A stretch of DNA of 64,000 nucleotides, from positions 20,646,001-20,710,000 of the forward strand of contig OZ260663.1 of assembly GCA_965285935.1 (NCBI GenBank), read 5' to 3'. The stretch's first letter is position 1; the number at the start of each line of letters is the position of its first letter. Under the pieces are notes generated by a model that was not told the origin of the DNA, made no database searches, and was given only the letters and a program-made list of their open reading frames with translations. This DNA is from Ophelia neglecta. Its lineage: Eukaryota. This document shows, piece by piece, positions 51,561 through 64,000 of the stretch. A program made the position numbers and the translations under genes.

Positions 51561-54500
51561 TCACCGAATCAACTTCAGTGATGGAATAGGCATTTCACCA
51601 TAGCAAGTTAATTTATGTGCATAACATTTCCTATTAATGGTAGATTGATGTAATTGAACACTAGTGTGTTCTGAGGGGTGTTCTATTTGGTTTCCTGCTT
51701 GCATATATTCTTATTATATAAACATACACACACACACACATATTTGGAAGCCACAAATAAGTAAACAGAGTAACGAGTAATCCGCGTCATTGGGCAAAAT
51801 TAGACCTATTAAACCTGTCCAAAACCCTTTACCTCGGCCTAGAATTAACACTCAGCCGTTACCCTGGCATATTTTGTTTCGTTCGTCTGACAAATACACA
51901 TAACCTCCGAATCCGCATAGCCTCCGCACCTCCACGTAAAATCGAAAGCCCAAGTACAACGTACACTATTGTTTACTCCGGAGCCCGCAGACCGATAAGA
52001 TGACATAAAAATAAATAACAATATGTTTTTTAAACCCAGTTTTTGTTATTTTCAATACGCGAATGATCACTTCAACCTTATATAATCGGAAAAGATGAAG
52101 GAATGGCTTCAGGGGGAAATATGATCTCTTTCTGCCAAAAAATGGCTGCAACGGCAACCCCGATACATCTGACTTAATAGAAATAAATGCAGGTGCGTCC
52201 GCACTTGTCTTTTCATCAAAAAGAAACCCAATACTAGACACTATTTGGCATGTCCGCAGTAATTGGAATCAGGAGGGTACCCTTGAGTTTTCGCACCTAT
52301 GCAAACAAGCTGTTCCTAGCAAGTATAAGATATATGTCAGATATGTAGGTATTTCGGTTGATGGTCTCTACGACATCGTTGGTACTCACCTTAAGTTTGA
52401 CTCATTCAAACAAATGCGGACAAAAGAGTCGTTGGTCTAGCATTCTTTGTGTCGGAGCGCATTTTAAACAATCTGATCGGTTTATCCATCAGGACGAGCC
52501 AAGGACAGATCACTGGAATTGCTTTCGGGTTGAAACCATCCATACCATCAACTCAAACCATTGTTCAGTCAATCGTTTCTAGGAAATGTTTGCCACAGTC
52601 AATGCATTATTCACTGACAAAGCCTTTTGTGTGTCAGGATATCAACATAGGGAGCCCTGTGCTAGCGTCAGTAGAACAAGGGCGCTGTTAGTACACAAGT
52701 ATATGAAGTAGTTCTTAAACTTATATTTTTGTTCGTTATGTTCAATCTGGCGGCAAGTACTTAATGTTGTACTGTGCCGAATATTTTTGCCACTGGGTTT
52801 TTGGAGCTTCCTGATGAAGACTTGATTCAATGTTTTTCTTTTTTTTTATGTAGCTTTAAAAACATTTCTGGGGCACATTTCCACGTGTTGCATGTTAGAA
52901 GCAGGTTTACCTTACCAACCTTTGCTGCCATTTGCCAGTTTCATAGAAGGTAAACCTGAACCACACACGGCATTTGTGTTCGTCACTAAACTATGTGCAA
53001 CAGCCATTTTGCGTACGGGTAGCGCTCGTTACCAACAGTCGGTAAATCACTGTGAGAGAGACACCGATTCGAAATCAAGCGAAAAAAGGCTTCAAAAATT
53101 ATCTGTCATTTGAAATTCATGCAGCATAAGGAGAGACGAATCATGTATGCCCTTCACTCACACAGCTACACATTCACATATGTATCAACTCAGAAATTTA
53201 GAAGAAAGATGATATGGAGACTTCCAACTGTTTGGAATATATAATGCATAAGCAGAGGGCAATTGTAAAGGCCATCCACTCCAATGAACACACAACGCGA
53301 AGCCTTTTTACTCCATCATTCACACACTTCCGTCAATTGTTTCATGATACACCGCTTAGGACAGCGTGTCTCCTCAAGCGCGGGGGAATCCTGTATTGGA
53401 GACGTGTGTTATTTAGATAGATTTGCAAATATTTATCCGTCAATTTGAAAAATTCCGGTATCTATTTGAAAATTTCGTATTCTTTAGTCAATATTTAAGA
53501 TACCAGGTCCCCGAGTCTCCTATTAAAATCAGGCAGGAAAGCACAAACTCGTACAAATGACATAAGGATCGAAGTAAACACCAAATGCTGAGCCAATAGG
53601 AATATAACTATCATTGAATTGTTTATTGACTATTAAAACATCTGTTTTGTTATACAGACGTGAACTTTAGAGTCTGCTAAAATAGTGGATGAATTTCACT
53701 AACATGAATGTCTCTTCAATGGGCATGTTAGCAGAAGGAATAAAAGAAAATGTCACACGGTCGTTCAAACATCTTCATAAACGTGTACACAGCAAAGCGG
53801 ACCCCCAACGCTATCTTTTTCTTGCTGAAATCACACCGAAAAAAAGGTACGCTCTTACAAGGTCACTCGTATCAAATTAACAAAGCAAGTTTTTGATATG
53901 TTGAATCATGTAAGAACACACAATGTTACTCCGGTAACTGGTCCCGGCAACGCAATTATTCATTTCCGAAATGGAAGCTCCATTAGGTTTCTCTGCGAGC
54001 TGACAAACGCACCATCTGTTCAAGGAATTGTTGTACATCGCGCATCGTGATAAATGATGTCATCTTAATCCGTCCATTGGCGCAGGAGATTGACTATTCA
54101 CGAATATCAGAAAAAGTCAAATCATATATATGTCAGTGTCGCCATCGTAGATGTTGTTCTCACTGCGCGTGAGGGACCACTTTTATGGTCATGCGTACCC
54201 CGGGCACTTTCAACCAACGCTGGACGAATATATTTACTACAACACCTAAACAGCATTATGAGAAGTCAAACATTATCTGTATAATAAATTGAAACTAAAT
54301 ACCAAGATGAAAATGCTAAGGAAACAAGAGCAGACAAGGTGCCCGGAAAAGAATAAGAGTTTTATTAAATCGGTTTTCCTAGCTTGGAATTCCAAATAAT
54401 TGGCCGCTGCTTAAATGAATCACATGTGTCCTTGTTTTGTACCCCCAATTTAGGATATAGGAGATAGAAGTATTTCAATTTGACGATGAAATTCTCGTAA

Positions 54501-55007
54501 GCAAAGTCGAGTGTTTTTAATTTTACTTGACACCAAAAAGTGTTACTTAAAAGCGTCTCGTTAAACACCAGTTTGGCAAAGCCACAATTATGATGACGAA
54601 AAGTGACTTGCCTGTTATCTCATTACGGGCATCTTACTCTAAGAATTAAGAAAAATCTTGTTCATTGAAATTATAAGAACAAGGATATGATAAAATCATG
54701 TTACAATTCCTTAAAAATATCTTAAACTGACATTATTTTCTAAATTCTTATGCTAAACCTGTACGGTGGAAAAAATGCTTTTCAATATATATATATTCTT
54801 TATTGCCTCCATATTTGGAGATCAGTACAAGGTTACAAAACTAAAACTAGGTTTACACAGTTACATTTTAAGGGTATTTCAAGTTACAATATGAATGAAC
54901 AAGGCCTGTCACATTGAATATTAATATTCATACAATGTGCATAATAATAATAATTATCACAGCCCGACTAAAGTACTTGATATTGTATTGACATGTTATG
55001 TCACCTG

Positions 55008-58000
55008 CTAATCAAAGAATATGGTACGCTTGCACGCTGCACAGTTGTTTATATGGAGCGAAATGGAACAAAATGATTTTGCACAATGGATAAAAAAGTC
55101 ATCACTATCAAATGTTTCATAACAGGGTAAGGCTGGGTTCATGCCCAATACAATTTTAATAAACTCACTGTCCTCAGCCTGACAAAGGTCTACTTCAAGC
55201 TGAATAGGGAATTGACTTAAGCCAATCCAAAAGTGTTCTCTATGCGTGTTGTATCTCGGGCAATAACAAAGATAATGTACGCGAATGTCCTTAAAGAGAG
55301 CTTCGCAATGATGGCACTTCCCGGACCTAGCGCTGGGGATGGACACCAGCCATGCAAGACTGGTTAGGACTCTGGCATGAACGTGGGCCCTCCGCATAAT
55401 CTGCCACAACATCAAAGGTTCTATATCTCTGGATTCTTCTTTTGAGACAGAGTTCCACAATTCACAACCATAAAGGGCGCTGCTGACAACAACCGACTTA
55501 CATAATGCGACATTAGTTATTGGTCCAGCACCCAGTTTACAAAGAGCTGCTTGTTTGCTCCTCATTTTCACACATGCCTCTTTTGTTCGGCTTTTAGAAC
55601 ATGCGAAAGCGTTAAGAGTCACTCCTACATGTTTAACCTCGTCCACAACGGGCAGTGGCACGTCACAGAGTTTCCACTCACCGGTTATAGTAATACGTTT
55701 ATTTCTCCTGAACACAACCACATTAGATTTCATTGGGTTAAAATAAAAACGCCATTTACGAGAGTACGCTTCACATATGTCGATCATTGTTTGTAGGCCG
55801 TAATGAGACAGAGATAGTAGCACGATATCATCTGCTTGGGTGGGGCACCCACAGAATACACCATCGACCTCGGCTCCTGCCCCACACTGCTGTAGTTGCC
55901 ACAATAAAGCGTCGTAAAATGCCATGAACATTTGTGGGCCCCACACAGATCCTTGTCTCACCGACTGTCTAACTTGTATTAGGTCAGACTTCCTTCCATT
56001 TAGAATTACCCGATTTTCCATGTTAGTGTAGAAGTTAATTAGAAGCCTCCAGAAGTCCCCATGTATGCCAAGCTGGTGGAGTTTAACGAAGAGGCCTTTG
56101 TGCCACACCGCATCAAATGCGGTCGATGAGTCGAGAAAGCACGCATATACTTTCGAATTCCTTTCAAGGTGGTAGGAGACGCATTCCTGCACTGAAAATG
56201 AAGTCATTAGACTTGAAATTCCAGGTTGGTAGGCAAATTGTAAGGGATGAGGAAACCGTAAGTGTTGATTGTGTGCCCATAGCTTGAATCTAGACAAGGT
56301 AACCCTCTCAAAAACTTTGTATATAGCCGACAGAAGAGTTATTCCTCGGTGATTTTTCCTGTCGTCGTTGTATTTTCTGGATCCTTTATATATTACAATT
56401 ATTTGTCCGTATTTCAGATGATCTGGAATATGGACAAGACTGCACATTAGGTTGTAGAGTAGAGTCAGACACAATATAACAGCTCTCCCTCCATGCTTTA
56501 GGTGCTCGTGAGTAATGCCATCACCACCTGGCGCTTTCGCGGGCTTTAAGTCTCTTATCACTTTTGCCACTTCCCTCGAGCTGATTGGCGTTTTCATAAT
56601 GAGATCTACCTCATTTTTACACCCGAGTAGAAGTTTTTCGTATTCGTCCTCTATTCCATTTTTATGACTGTCATTAAAATATACATCTTCAAATTGGGAA
56701 TACATTAAAATGGCTGTGCCAAGCGGCTAGCATTTCTCCTGTCTCTCTATAGACTTTATCACCAACTCGCAGCTCGTGCACCTTCCTTCCTATCGAAGCC
56801 TGACTCCTTTTCACCAAGCTGTACAGCAGTTTTTGGTCAGCCTCTGCTGCATCCTCAATCTCTTTGAAAACCGCTGTTTCTAATTGTTTTTGGTGACGTC
56901 TCATTATACACCTGAATCTCCTTTTACACGATTTATACGCTTGCCGACTTTCAAGTTCTGACTCACATGAGGCGTTTTTGTAAATGTCTCTAGCTTCCCT
57001 CATTTTTGCGTGCAATTCTGGTAAGTCACTTCCCTTCCAGAATGGTCTAATATGGGGCTTATATTGAGACACCGGGATCGTCACCTGCGAGCTATATAAC
57101 AAGTGTTCGACAAGATCGCCATAAAAAGTATATATTTCTTTGGTGGATGAGCATGAGGCATACTCATTTAATAGGGGATATAGTTTACCGGATGCCACTC
57201 TACCGTATGAAGCTTTAATTTCATCACTTGTCATCTTTCTCCAGTTATGAAATGTTCCTAGTGAAGACGTCTGCTCTGATGCAAGGGAATCTAACATCAA
57301 TGTGGCTATAACTGGTAGATGGTCGCTAACATTTGCAGGATCGTCTGAGACCACCTCTGAATGCATCACCAAGTCAACTAATGAAGCCGGGATTAAGATA
57401 TGCTTCGAAGAGTATCTGTCTGCCGAAATGTGTAAGACGGGCCTATGCACCCGCTCTGTGCAGTAAGGGACACCAGATCATTACTAGAGATAAGTTCCTC
57501 CATTATTTGCACCCTCTTTGTCTTATTGACTACAACATGTCTAGATCCACCAATAGGTGTATTGAGGTCTCCAATTATTGTCACTTGACTATATTCACTG
57601 AACTGCCCGTGTAATGTTCTAAGGAGGTCTACGTTTTGTTCATATAGTGCATTGTTGGTGTTAGACGAAGGCAGGTAGACCCCAAGTATAGTGAAATATT
57701 GGCCTTTGGCAAATCTTACTTGAAGAGCTGCTATTCGATCGGATTCGAGGTAAAATGTCCTTATGTCACTTGATAGTGTTTTCCTCCAAATAAAAGCCAC
57801 GCCCCCTTTACCGCGTCTATATGGATCTAGACAATCCAGTTCTGAATCTGCCAGACCCCAACTTGCGTAGTCGTTTTGAATAGTGTTGAGAAATGTCAAA
57901 CTATTTGGGAACAGCCAATGTTCTGTGACCACTAGCACATCTATCCGCCATTTTGACAATAGGTGATTAATATATAGACAATTTCTCATTGCTCCTTGGC

Positions 58001-58121
58001 AATTAAACGTTGCAATATTTATTGTTTTATCAATGTCGTTTTTCTGGGAGGATATAGTGTCATTGGCTGCCAGGCAATGACCTGTTAGGCATATATTTTG
58101 GACTGAGCTTAGGTCCTCCAT
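55008..58121 (-). pseudogene. LINE ORF2 (APE-RT-zinc finger) broken by two frameshifts (~57420, ~56700) and a probable in-frame C-terminal deletion
   Basis: TFNCQG, VTEHWL, GKGGVAFIW, IIGDLN, SDHLPV, NHRGITLLS, FLDSSTAFDAVW, VRQGSVWGP, TQADDIV and CHHC..RVHYLCYC. Confidence 0.88.
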
Positions 58122-59680
58122 GGTCTAATATAGGTCTTTCCAGGCCAAAAGCCTACGGCGGACATTTTTTCCCAGTATTTAGCATCCGTAACAAGAAAGG
58201 CGGCAAATCCCCCAGTCTTCTTACACCTCATCACTGAAACTTTTATCGATTTGATGTCGCGCCACTGCAGATATTGTTCTATGGTAAACTGGCTGACATC
58301 TTCGAATATATTCCCAATGTAATACTGACCCACACGAGTTCTGGAATAGTACACATTTCTGTTGTTCCCTGGGCTGTTTTTTTCATAAACTCTGTTGTTA
58401 CTTATAATATTCCTTCCACTTTTGCCAACACACACTGGTATGTTGTCTGCCTCTTTTTCTGTCGTACTATGATTGCGCCTGACATGGATGTTAGCCGTAG
58501 TTAACATAGGCTTCCTAGGATTTGAGGCCGCCTTGGCACTGTATCTATTCGAAACCACCACAGGTATTGACTGTTTTTTGTCCGCCTCTAACCTATCAGG
58601 GATGACACTCGTCGTGGTTGCTGCTGGGAACGAAGCCCCATCTGCACCTTTTTCACTCGATGTTGTTGGATTCTGCACAAACACATAATTTTTTGCCTTG
58701 TCATGTTTTTCTTTAACTTCTTTCAGCTGCTCTTGTGTTATTTGCATCACTCTTTGAGTTTCTGTGATGGTATATCTTTGCACGCCTAGCATATCTTCTG
58801 TATTTCTCACACTAAACTTTATGCCCATGTAGTTTCCTTTAATTTTTGCTATATCAGCAGCTTGACACATTTCCACTTTTTTCGCCTGAGTCTTTGAATC
58901 TATATTTGACTGCTTAAGTCTCTTTATTTCATCCTGTAATTCCTTAATGAGTTTTCTGTCTTTTTCAAGTGCGTCAATAAGTAATTTGACTGCAACAAAT
59001 TCACTTTTAAGCTCCATGCACGTTTTACAAGTGTCTGTTGGACTAGTTGGTTGATTGATTTTTTCTTTTATGAGTAGAATTTCGGATTTTAAGTGAACTA
59101 TGTCGTCGGTTTGGCTGGAAGCGTTCGAGGGTAAGTTACATTGCCTTATAGGCTGGCTATTACTTAAGCTAAGTTTCCCATGTTTACGCTTCGTGAGGAC
59201 GTCATGGTCTGGGATTGGTTCGCCTCTTGTGGCCATCAGCAGACAATAACAGTCATTTGCTAGTTTTTCGTCTTTTCGGCGTCTCATCAAAGTGCGTGTT
59301 CCTATCGCATTTGGACTTTTTTCCACGAGGACATTAAACACCTTAAGTCTGAGACATTCCAGTACATCTGTTTTGAGGTTTAACAGTTCAGTGACGATTT
59401 CTTGCTTTGATTTCCTGTCTACCTGGCTTATGTCATCGTATAGGAGCTGGATGTTAGCAGCTGATGACTGATCTGAGATGCAAGTGTTTTCCATATTTTG
59501 GCTCCCTATCGGCAATGAGATGTCGAAGGACCCTTCCTCATTAGTCCCAAAACAAGCGTTACTATCACGCATAGCACGTTGGGCGCAAGTCAGCACATCA
59601 TTCAGATCACTGTTTTCTTCACTGTCCAGGTGCTGTAGCGTTCGAAGAGCGTCTCCAATTACCTCCGCAGTCAATGACAT
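58109..59680 (-). CDS. LINE ORF1 (523 aa; coiled coil and C-terminal RRM-like region)
   Basis: Heptad-rich middle region; C-terminal YYIGNI...GFWPGKTYIRPW. Its stop overlaps the ORF2 ATG by 13 nt. Confidence 0.8.
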   Translation of the reverse strand: MSLTAEVIGDALRTLQHLDSEENSDLNDVLTCAQRAMRDSNACFGTNEEGSFDISLPIGSQNMENTCISDQSSAANIQLLYDDISQVDRKSKQEIVTELLNLKTDVLECLRLKVFNVLVEKSPNAIGTRTLMRRRKDEKLANDCYCLLMATRGEPIPDHDVLTKRKHGKLSLSNSQPIRQCNLPSNASSQTDDIVHLKSEILLIKEKINQPTSPTDTCKTCMELKSEFVAVKLLIDALEKDRKLIKELQDEIKRLKQSNIDSKTQAKKVEMCQAADIAKIKGNYMGIKFSVRNTEDMLGVQRYTITETQRVMQITQEQLKEVKEKHDKAKNYVFVQNPTTSSEKGADGASFPAATTTSVIPDRLEADKKQSIPVVVSNRYSAKAASNPRKPMLTTANIHVRRNHSTTEKEADNIPVCVGKSGRNIISNNRVYEKNSPGNNRNVYYSRTRVGQYYIGNIFEDVSQFTIEQYLQWRDIKSIKVSVMRCKKTGGFAAFLVTDAKYWEKMSAVGFWPGKTYIRPWRT

Positions 59681-60562
59681 ATTAAATCTATGTTCAGCCG
59701 CGGTAATATTTGGATTAGTTAAGTTTCATAGTTTTATTTATTAAAACTTTGCTGTTGTAATCTCTTTATTTTATCTTTTAGTGCTCTATTGTCAGGCCCA
59801 CAGAGCACGGCCTCACAGATGTTAAATCAGCCCTCTGTGAACGGCTTAATCTGACACGCTGTAGCTGAATCGGTTGGCTTTCACACCTTTTTGGCAGTGC
59901 TGACATGGGTTGTTTAACAGCTTGATTTTGCTGGTACTTTGAAATTTACATGGGCCCTGGGCGATATTATAGCTACCATAGATGTTCATGGTAGAAAAGG
60001 GTTATAAAACTCAAAATCTGGCCTTACTTTCAATCACACTTAGTTCCGTATCTGCCTTAGACATTAGCACACCAGTTCTAATAGTGTTCCATCCTTTCGG
60101 TGATATATAACTGTCCGAAAAAAACAACATTTTCGAGAGAATACACGAAGACCACCCATCTTGCGCTAATCAAACGTCATGTTTGCGTGAGTAGCGTACT
60201 ACAGAAAATTATGAAATTAAATAGTTGTCTGCAAAGTGTGACTGAAGCAAATGTAAAATGATAACTCTGTAATCATTGTAAGGTTTTTATGATAGGTTTG
60301 TTTTTTCCTTTTCCCAATATGTGGGTATCTAAAAACAATATTCTATTAGCATAGTTTGCCCAATCATAAGCACTTTATGTGTAAAAATAGATGCATGAAG
60401 TTACTAATTAGGCCACATTTGGTGCTTTTGTTTTGATATCAATTAAATTTAAAATACAAGCGGCCTCCATGGTACATAACAGAAAGCAATGGAATCGAAA
60501 ACCGGCACAGATGTTGTTTTTGGATGCTAGGCCTAATCATTAAGAAATACGAACAGTACAAG

Positions 60563-63500
60563 TAGCCTTTACTAAAGGTGCAATTGCCGAATGTCTCACT
60601 GCGTAACTTTGTAATTTCCGTTCTGAGATTGCAATCTCATGTCCTATCAGGCCCGCTTCGAGCAAAACAGGAAACTGATCATTTTCTCGTCATTTTATCT
60701 GCATTGCAATGCCCACTTGTAGTTTCAGGTGACCCTTTATTTCTACTGACATTTCATCAACAGTTTGCAGACGCTTGATTAAACCACTACTGTTTTGATT
60801 TATCAATTTGACAGTATTCCGCCCAAAACGGTTCATTCGATATTATTGACATTTCACAGCGGATGATGGGGACTATAACGCTGGTCCTATTATGCAGGTG
60901 GCTTCATGTTGTTCTGCATATAAACTCTTGGTACTTTGAAAGGGAGGGACTAACTCAATGACAGTAGATATGAGATAAAGGCTTATTGGCTAAAAATAAG
61001 TAATGAAATTATTTCTATACAGTAGGTCTAAACTATCGTCCTGTTTAGAAACGCACGAGCTCATATGTGTGGTTCTGTTAATATAACCATTGACGCCGGT
61101 CCTATAAAGCTGGTCGCTTCATAATTCTACACACGGGTATAATATCGTGGTTCATTTAATGGGACTTACAAACTGGTACTTTATATTAGATAAACCTAAA
61201 ATAAGTAACACACCTATTACTATACTGTAGCAAGAAATTTTGTCACATTTAGAAATGTTCTTATATTATGCCCTCATGGCAATTTTAAAATATGGTTTTC
61301 TCTTTAAACTACGAGGGGTAATGTCCCAATTATACATTGTCAGCAGTGCCAGATTGGTACATAATTTCTGCGTCGATCGAATGCAAGGCTACATGATGTT
61401 AGGTATTGAAAACCATTTATAAACTTCGAATAATTGCCACATTCAATTGCACAACGGTATAATTTATATATCGGATGATCTTATGTATACTTTCAAATTA
61501 GAAATATCTACGCCATGTCACTACATTAGCATATATCTTTTTCAAAAGCATGTATATATTCATTCTTAGACTGTTATCCAATTGGCGATGCTGTTTTAAT
61601 CATTAAGCTTGCAAAGGAAACCTATCATGCTCATCTTACAACTAATATGCCTTCGGGGTGTACACTGAAGAAAAAGCCATGGTTAGATATAACCGTATCA
61701 CCGTGTAGTTATCTTTGCTAAATCGTATGTACTGGTTTGTCGGAATAGGGCTGAATGGGTGTTGTATGCCGGCTTGAAGCTGAAAGATCCTGGCCAGTAC
61801 GGACTGATTTAATAGACTAGTAATGATTAATGATTATGTTTTGTACACCGCATCCACTTCCCTTTAGTTATGACAGTAGTCATTATTATTCATGACCAGA
61901 TTATGTCTCTAAAATGAAAACTTGCCATTTAGCACTATCAAAATGTTGTATTTTCACCTCATCAAAGATGATTTTCTTTTTAAATTAAATGAATAAAGAT
62001 CAAACAGAAAAAAACATGGGAATATAATTAGTAAACACTACTTTAAAATACTTCAAACAAAGCGGACCCATTAAATTCTTGTCACGATGAACAAATATAT
62101 TATTTCTGATACATTTTGCAATTAGATCTAGTCACCAGTTATTTCCCTGATCGATTGTACATGAAAGTTCCCACGCTTTCCTCTCAATACAAGCTCTGAA
62201 TTAAGTATGTGAATCCTTTGATTATGTATTATGCTCGGCTTCCACTGAGAAAACCTTTTATAGTGAGAGCCCTTAGGGAAATTTAACTAATGGATGGCGT
62301 ACTGTAAGTTCTTTTTTCGTCATTAAGGCGACCTACGAATGGTCAGTACTGTCCTTAACAATGTTAATTATCAAACACTATGGCAAAACAACTACGGAAA
62401 CAAGAGAACATGAATATTTTGAGACCGGGGGAAGGAATCAAGCAGGAAGTCGAGGTCAGATCCCTAATAGACAAAACATTTTGGACGTGAGAGGGGGGAG
62501 GGGGCTTGGAATACCAGTGTTGTAAGACCGAGGGACTGGATAGGTATGTAAAACGAGTTCCAAACAGTTCTGGCCTAAGATGACATTATAAAGAAAGTTC
62601 CCTCTAACACAGAGATCGAATCTGATTTTGACTAATTGTCCGCCGTATGGCAGCACTCTGCCTAAAAACAGAGATGGTGTTTGTACATTCTGCATAACAA
62701 AGGAAATACCTTGTAAACATTAACATCATAAAGTTTGCTCAGATGTATCGACTTTTAATCCCTATAATAGCACATTAAAAGAAAAGGGGTAATCGTCATA
62801 TTTTTATCGAACATCCAGGCATCACAAATTGTGCTCGTGACAGTTAGGAAGATTAGCGTTTTGTCGTAAGTTGTTACAAATGTGCGGTGCATGTAATAGC
62901 AGGCGATGGTGTTTTACATGTCGATCGACATGCTATAATTACTTTGAATATTCATAAGGCTCTTTTGCTCATCATATTATACAAACAGCTAATAGTATTT
63001 TCCCCGCTGGGCTTTATGCGTTGGTTTTCAGAGAAGGAGATTTGCAAATGAACTCACATATGTTAAGACTGGCCAATAACAGATGCACATGGATTGTTAA
63101 ATAAAATATTACCTGACCCACCAACCCGGGGATAACACCAGTACCAGTATTGCTTCGTGTGTTATACTTGGCAGGAATCTCCACGCGTACACAAAAATTC
63201 CGAAGATCCCGATTATTGATCTTATCGTGGAGAATCCGGAAAGGTTAAAAACTGAACTTTGAATCCATAGTTTTATATGATGATACATGGTGATATAACC
63301 TGGGTTATTGATAGCCTATATTAGCTACGGTAATATATTTTGTATACAAAGCATTATATCAGTTATAGAGACGTGGCATGCAGTGCCTAGCTGTATTGGT
63401 TGGCAGGTTCAAGCATGACCAGTCAATGTGAGTACACACTCAATTCAATTCCCTTATGACATAAATTAAGTAACCCTTTTTTAAATCAATAGACATTTTT

Positions 63501-63800
63501 TGCTACCTGTACTACCTTATAATCAAGAGCTTTCAGAATATCAAAATCTTCCCGAACATTCCTGTTATTTGCTCCATATATATGTCTAGTTGTGAATGAT
63601 GGTTTAAATGGTTTCTTTTCCTAGATTGGTATTTTAGCAGTGTAAGGATTTGCGGTTTCAAGTATTGGGAGAGTACAATCTTTCTGTAGCTTTAACTTAA
63701 TTGGAGAAAATTTATCTGCATGATGTTAACTCTCGCAGCATATAAAAGTTATGTAAAAATGATTTGGAATCACTTCTAGGAATTTCCGAAGCGTTATGTG
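60563..63800 (+). repeat. Segmental duplication copy 2 (paralogous to 43520-44950 plus 50900-51560), with an internal duplication ~60875-61025 versus ~61090-61230
   Basis: Same colinear blocks as copy 1, and it lacks the 45.8-49.8 kb LINE. Confidence 0.8.
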
Positions 63801-64000
63801 CAAACATAAACTAATGCATCACACCAGAAAAACATATTGCATTGTTCCTAAAATTGGGTCATGTAGGACTATATTTAATGAAGCGCAAGAAAAATACCCA
63901 TATACACAATGAGCATAACTTGGTAAATTATTAAACAATGGCAACAGATTACTTGACAAATAAAATGCGGAATAAGCTTTGACCACGATGGTGTTGTCCA

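Larger units (their letters stand above)
54785..60170 (-). mobile_element. Near full-length non-LTR retrotransposon (RTE-X-like): 5'UTR, ORF1, frameshifted ORF2, 3' stem-loop and (TA)n tail
   Basis: 3' end on minus CTCCA-AATA-TGGAG-GC-AATAAA-GA-(TA)6 at 54820-54785. ORF1 58109-59680; ORF2 pieces 57393-58121, 56689-57450, 55008-56705. The 5' boundary is approximate and no TSD was found. Confidence 0.9.

Overview
AT-rich, repeat-rich animal genomic DNA with spliceosomal splice sites, LINEs, SINEs and DNA transposons. A SINE core suggests a mollusc or other lophotrochozoan. It is not prokaryotic and has no CRISPR array, rRNA or convincing tRNA. The only host genes are a minus-strand tandem cluster of single-pass membrane proteins: copy B (37220-38047, intact), copy A (14622-15349, one frameshift in the tail) and a pseudogene (~8830-9224). 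A conserved upstream element at ~610-810 hints at a fourth copy left of the window. Their architecture and transmembrane/juxtamembrane motif resemble KCNE (MinK/MiRP) potassium-channel beta subunits; this is the best candidate for an undescribed system, and it is inferred from recalled sequences without a database search. The rest is mobile DNA: two convergent APE-RT LINEs (RTE-X-like) sharing a 3' stem-loop, a ~73-copy 39-bp minisatellite next to the RT catalytic motif of a fossil RTE LINE, an internally deleted intron-containing Crypton-like element, two Harbinger-type TIR elements, L2/Penelope/SINE fragments, and an old segmental duplication (43.5-51.6 kb versus 60.6-63.8 kb).
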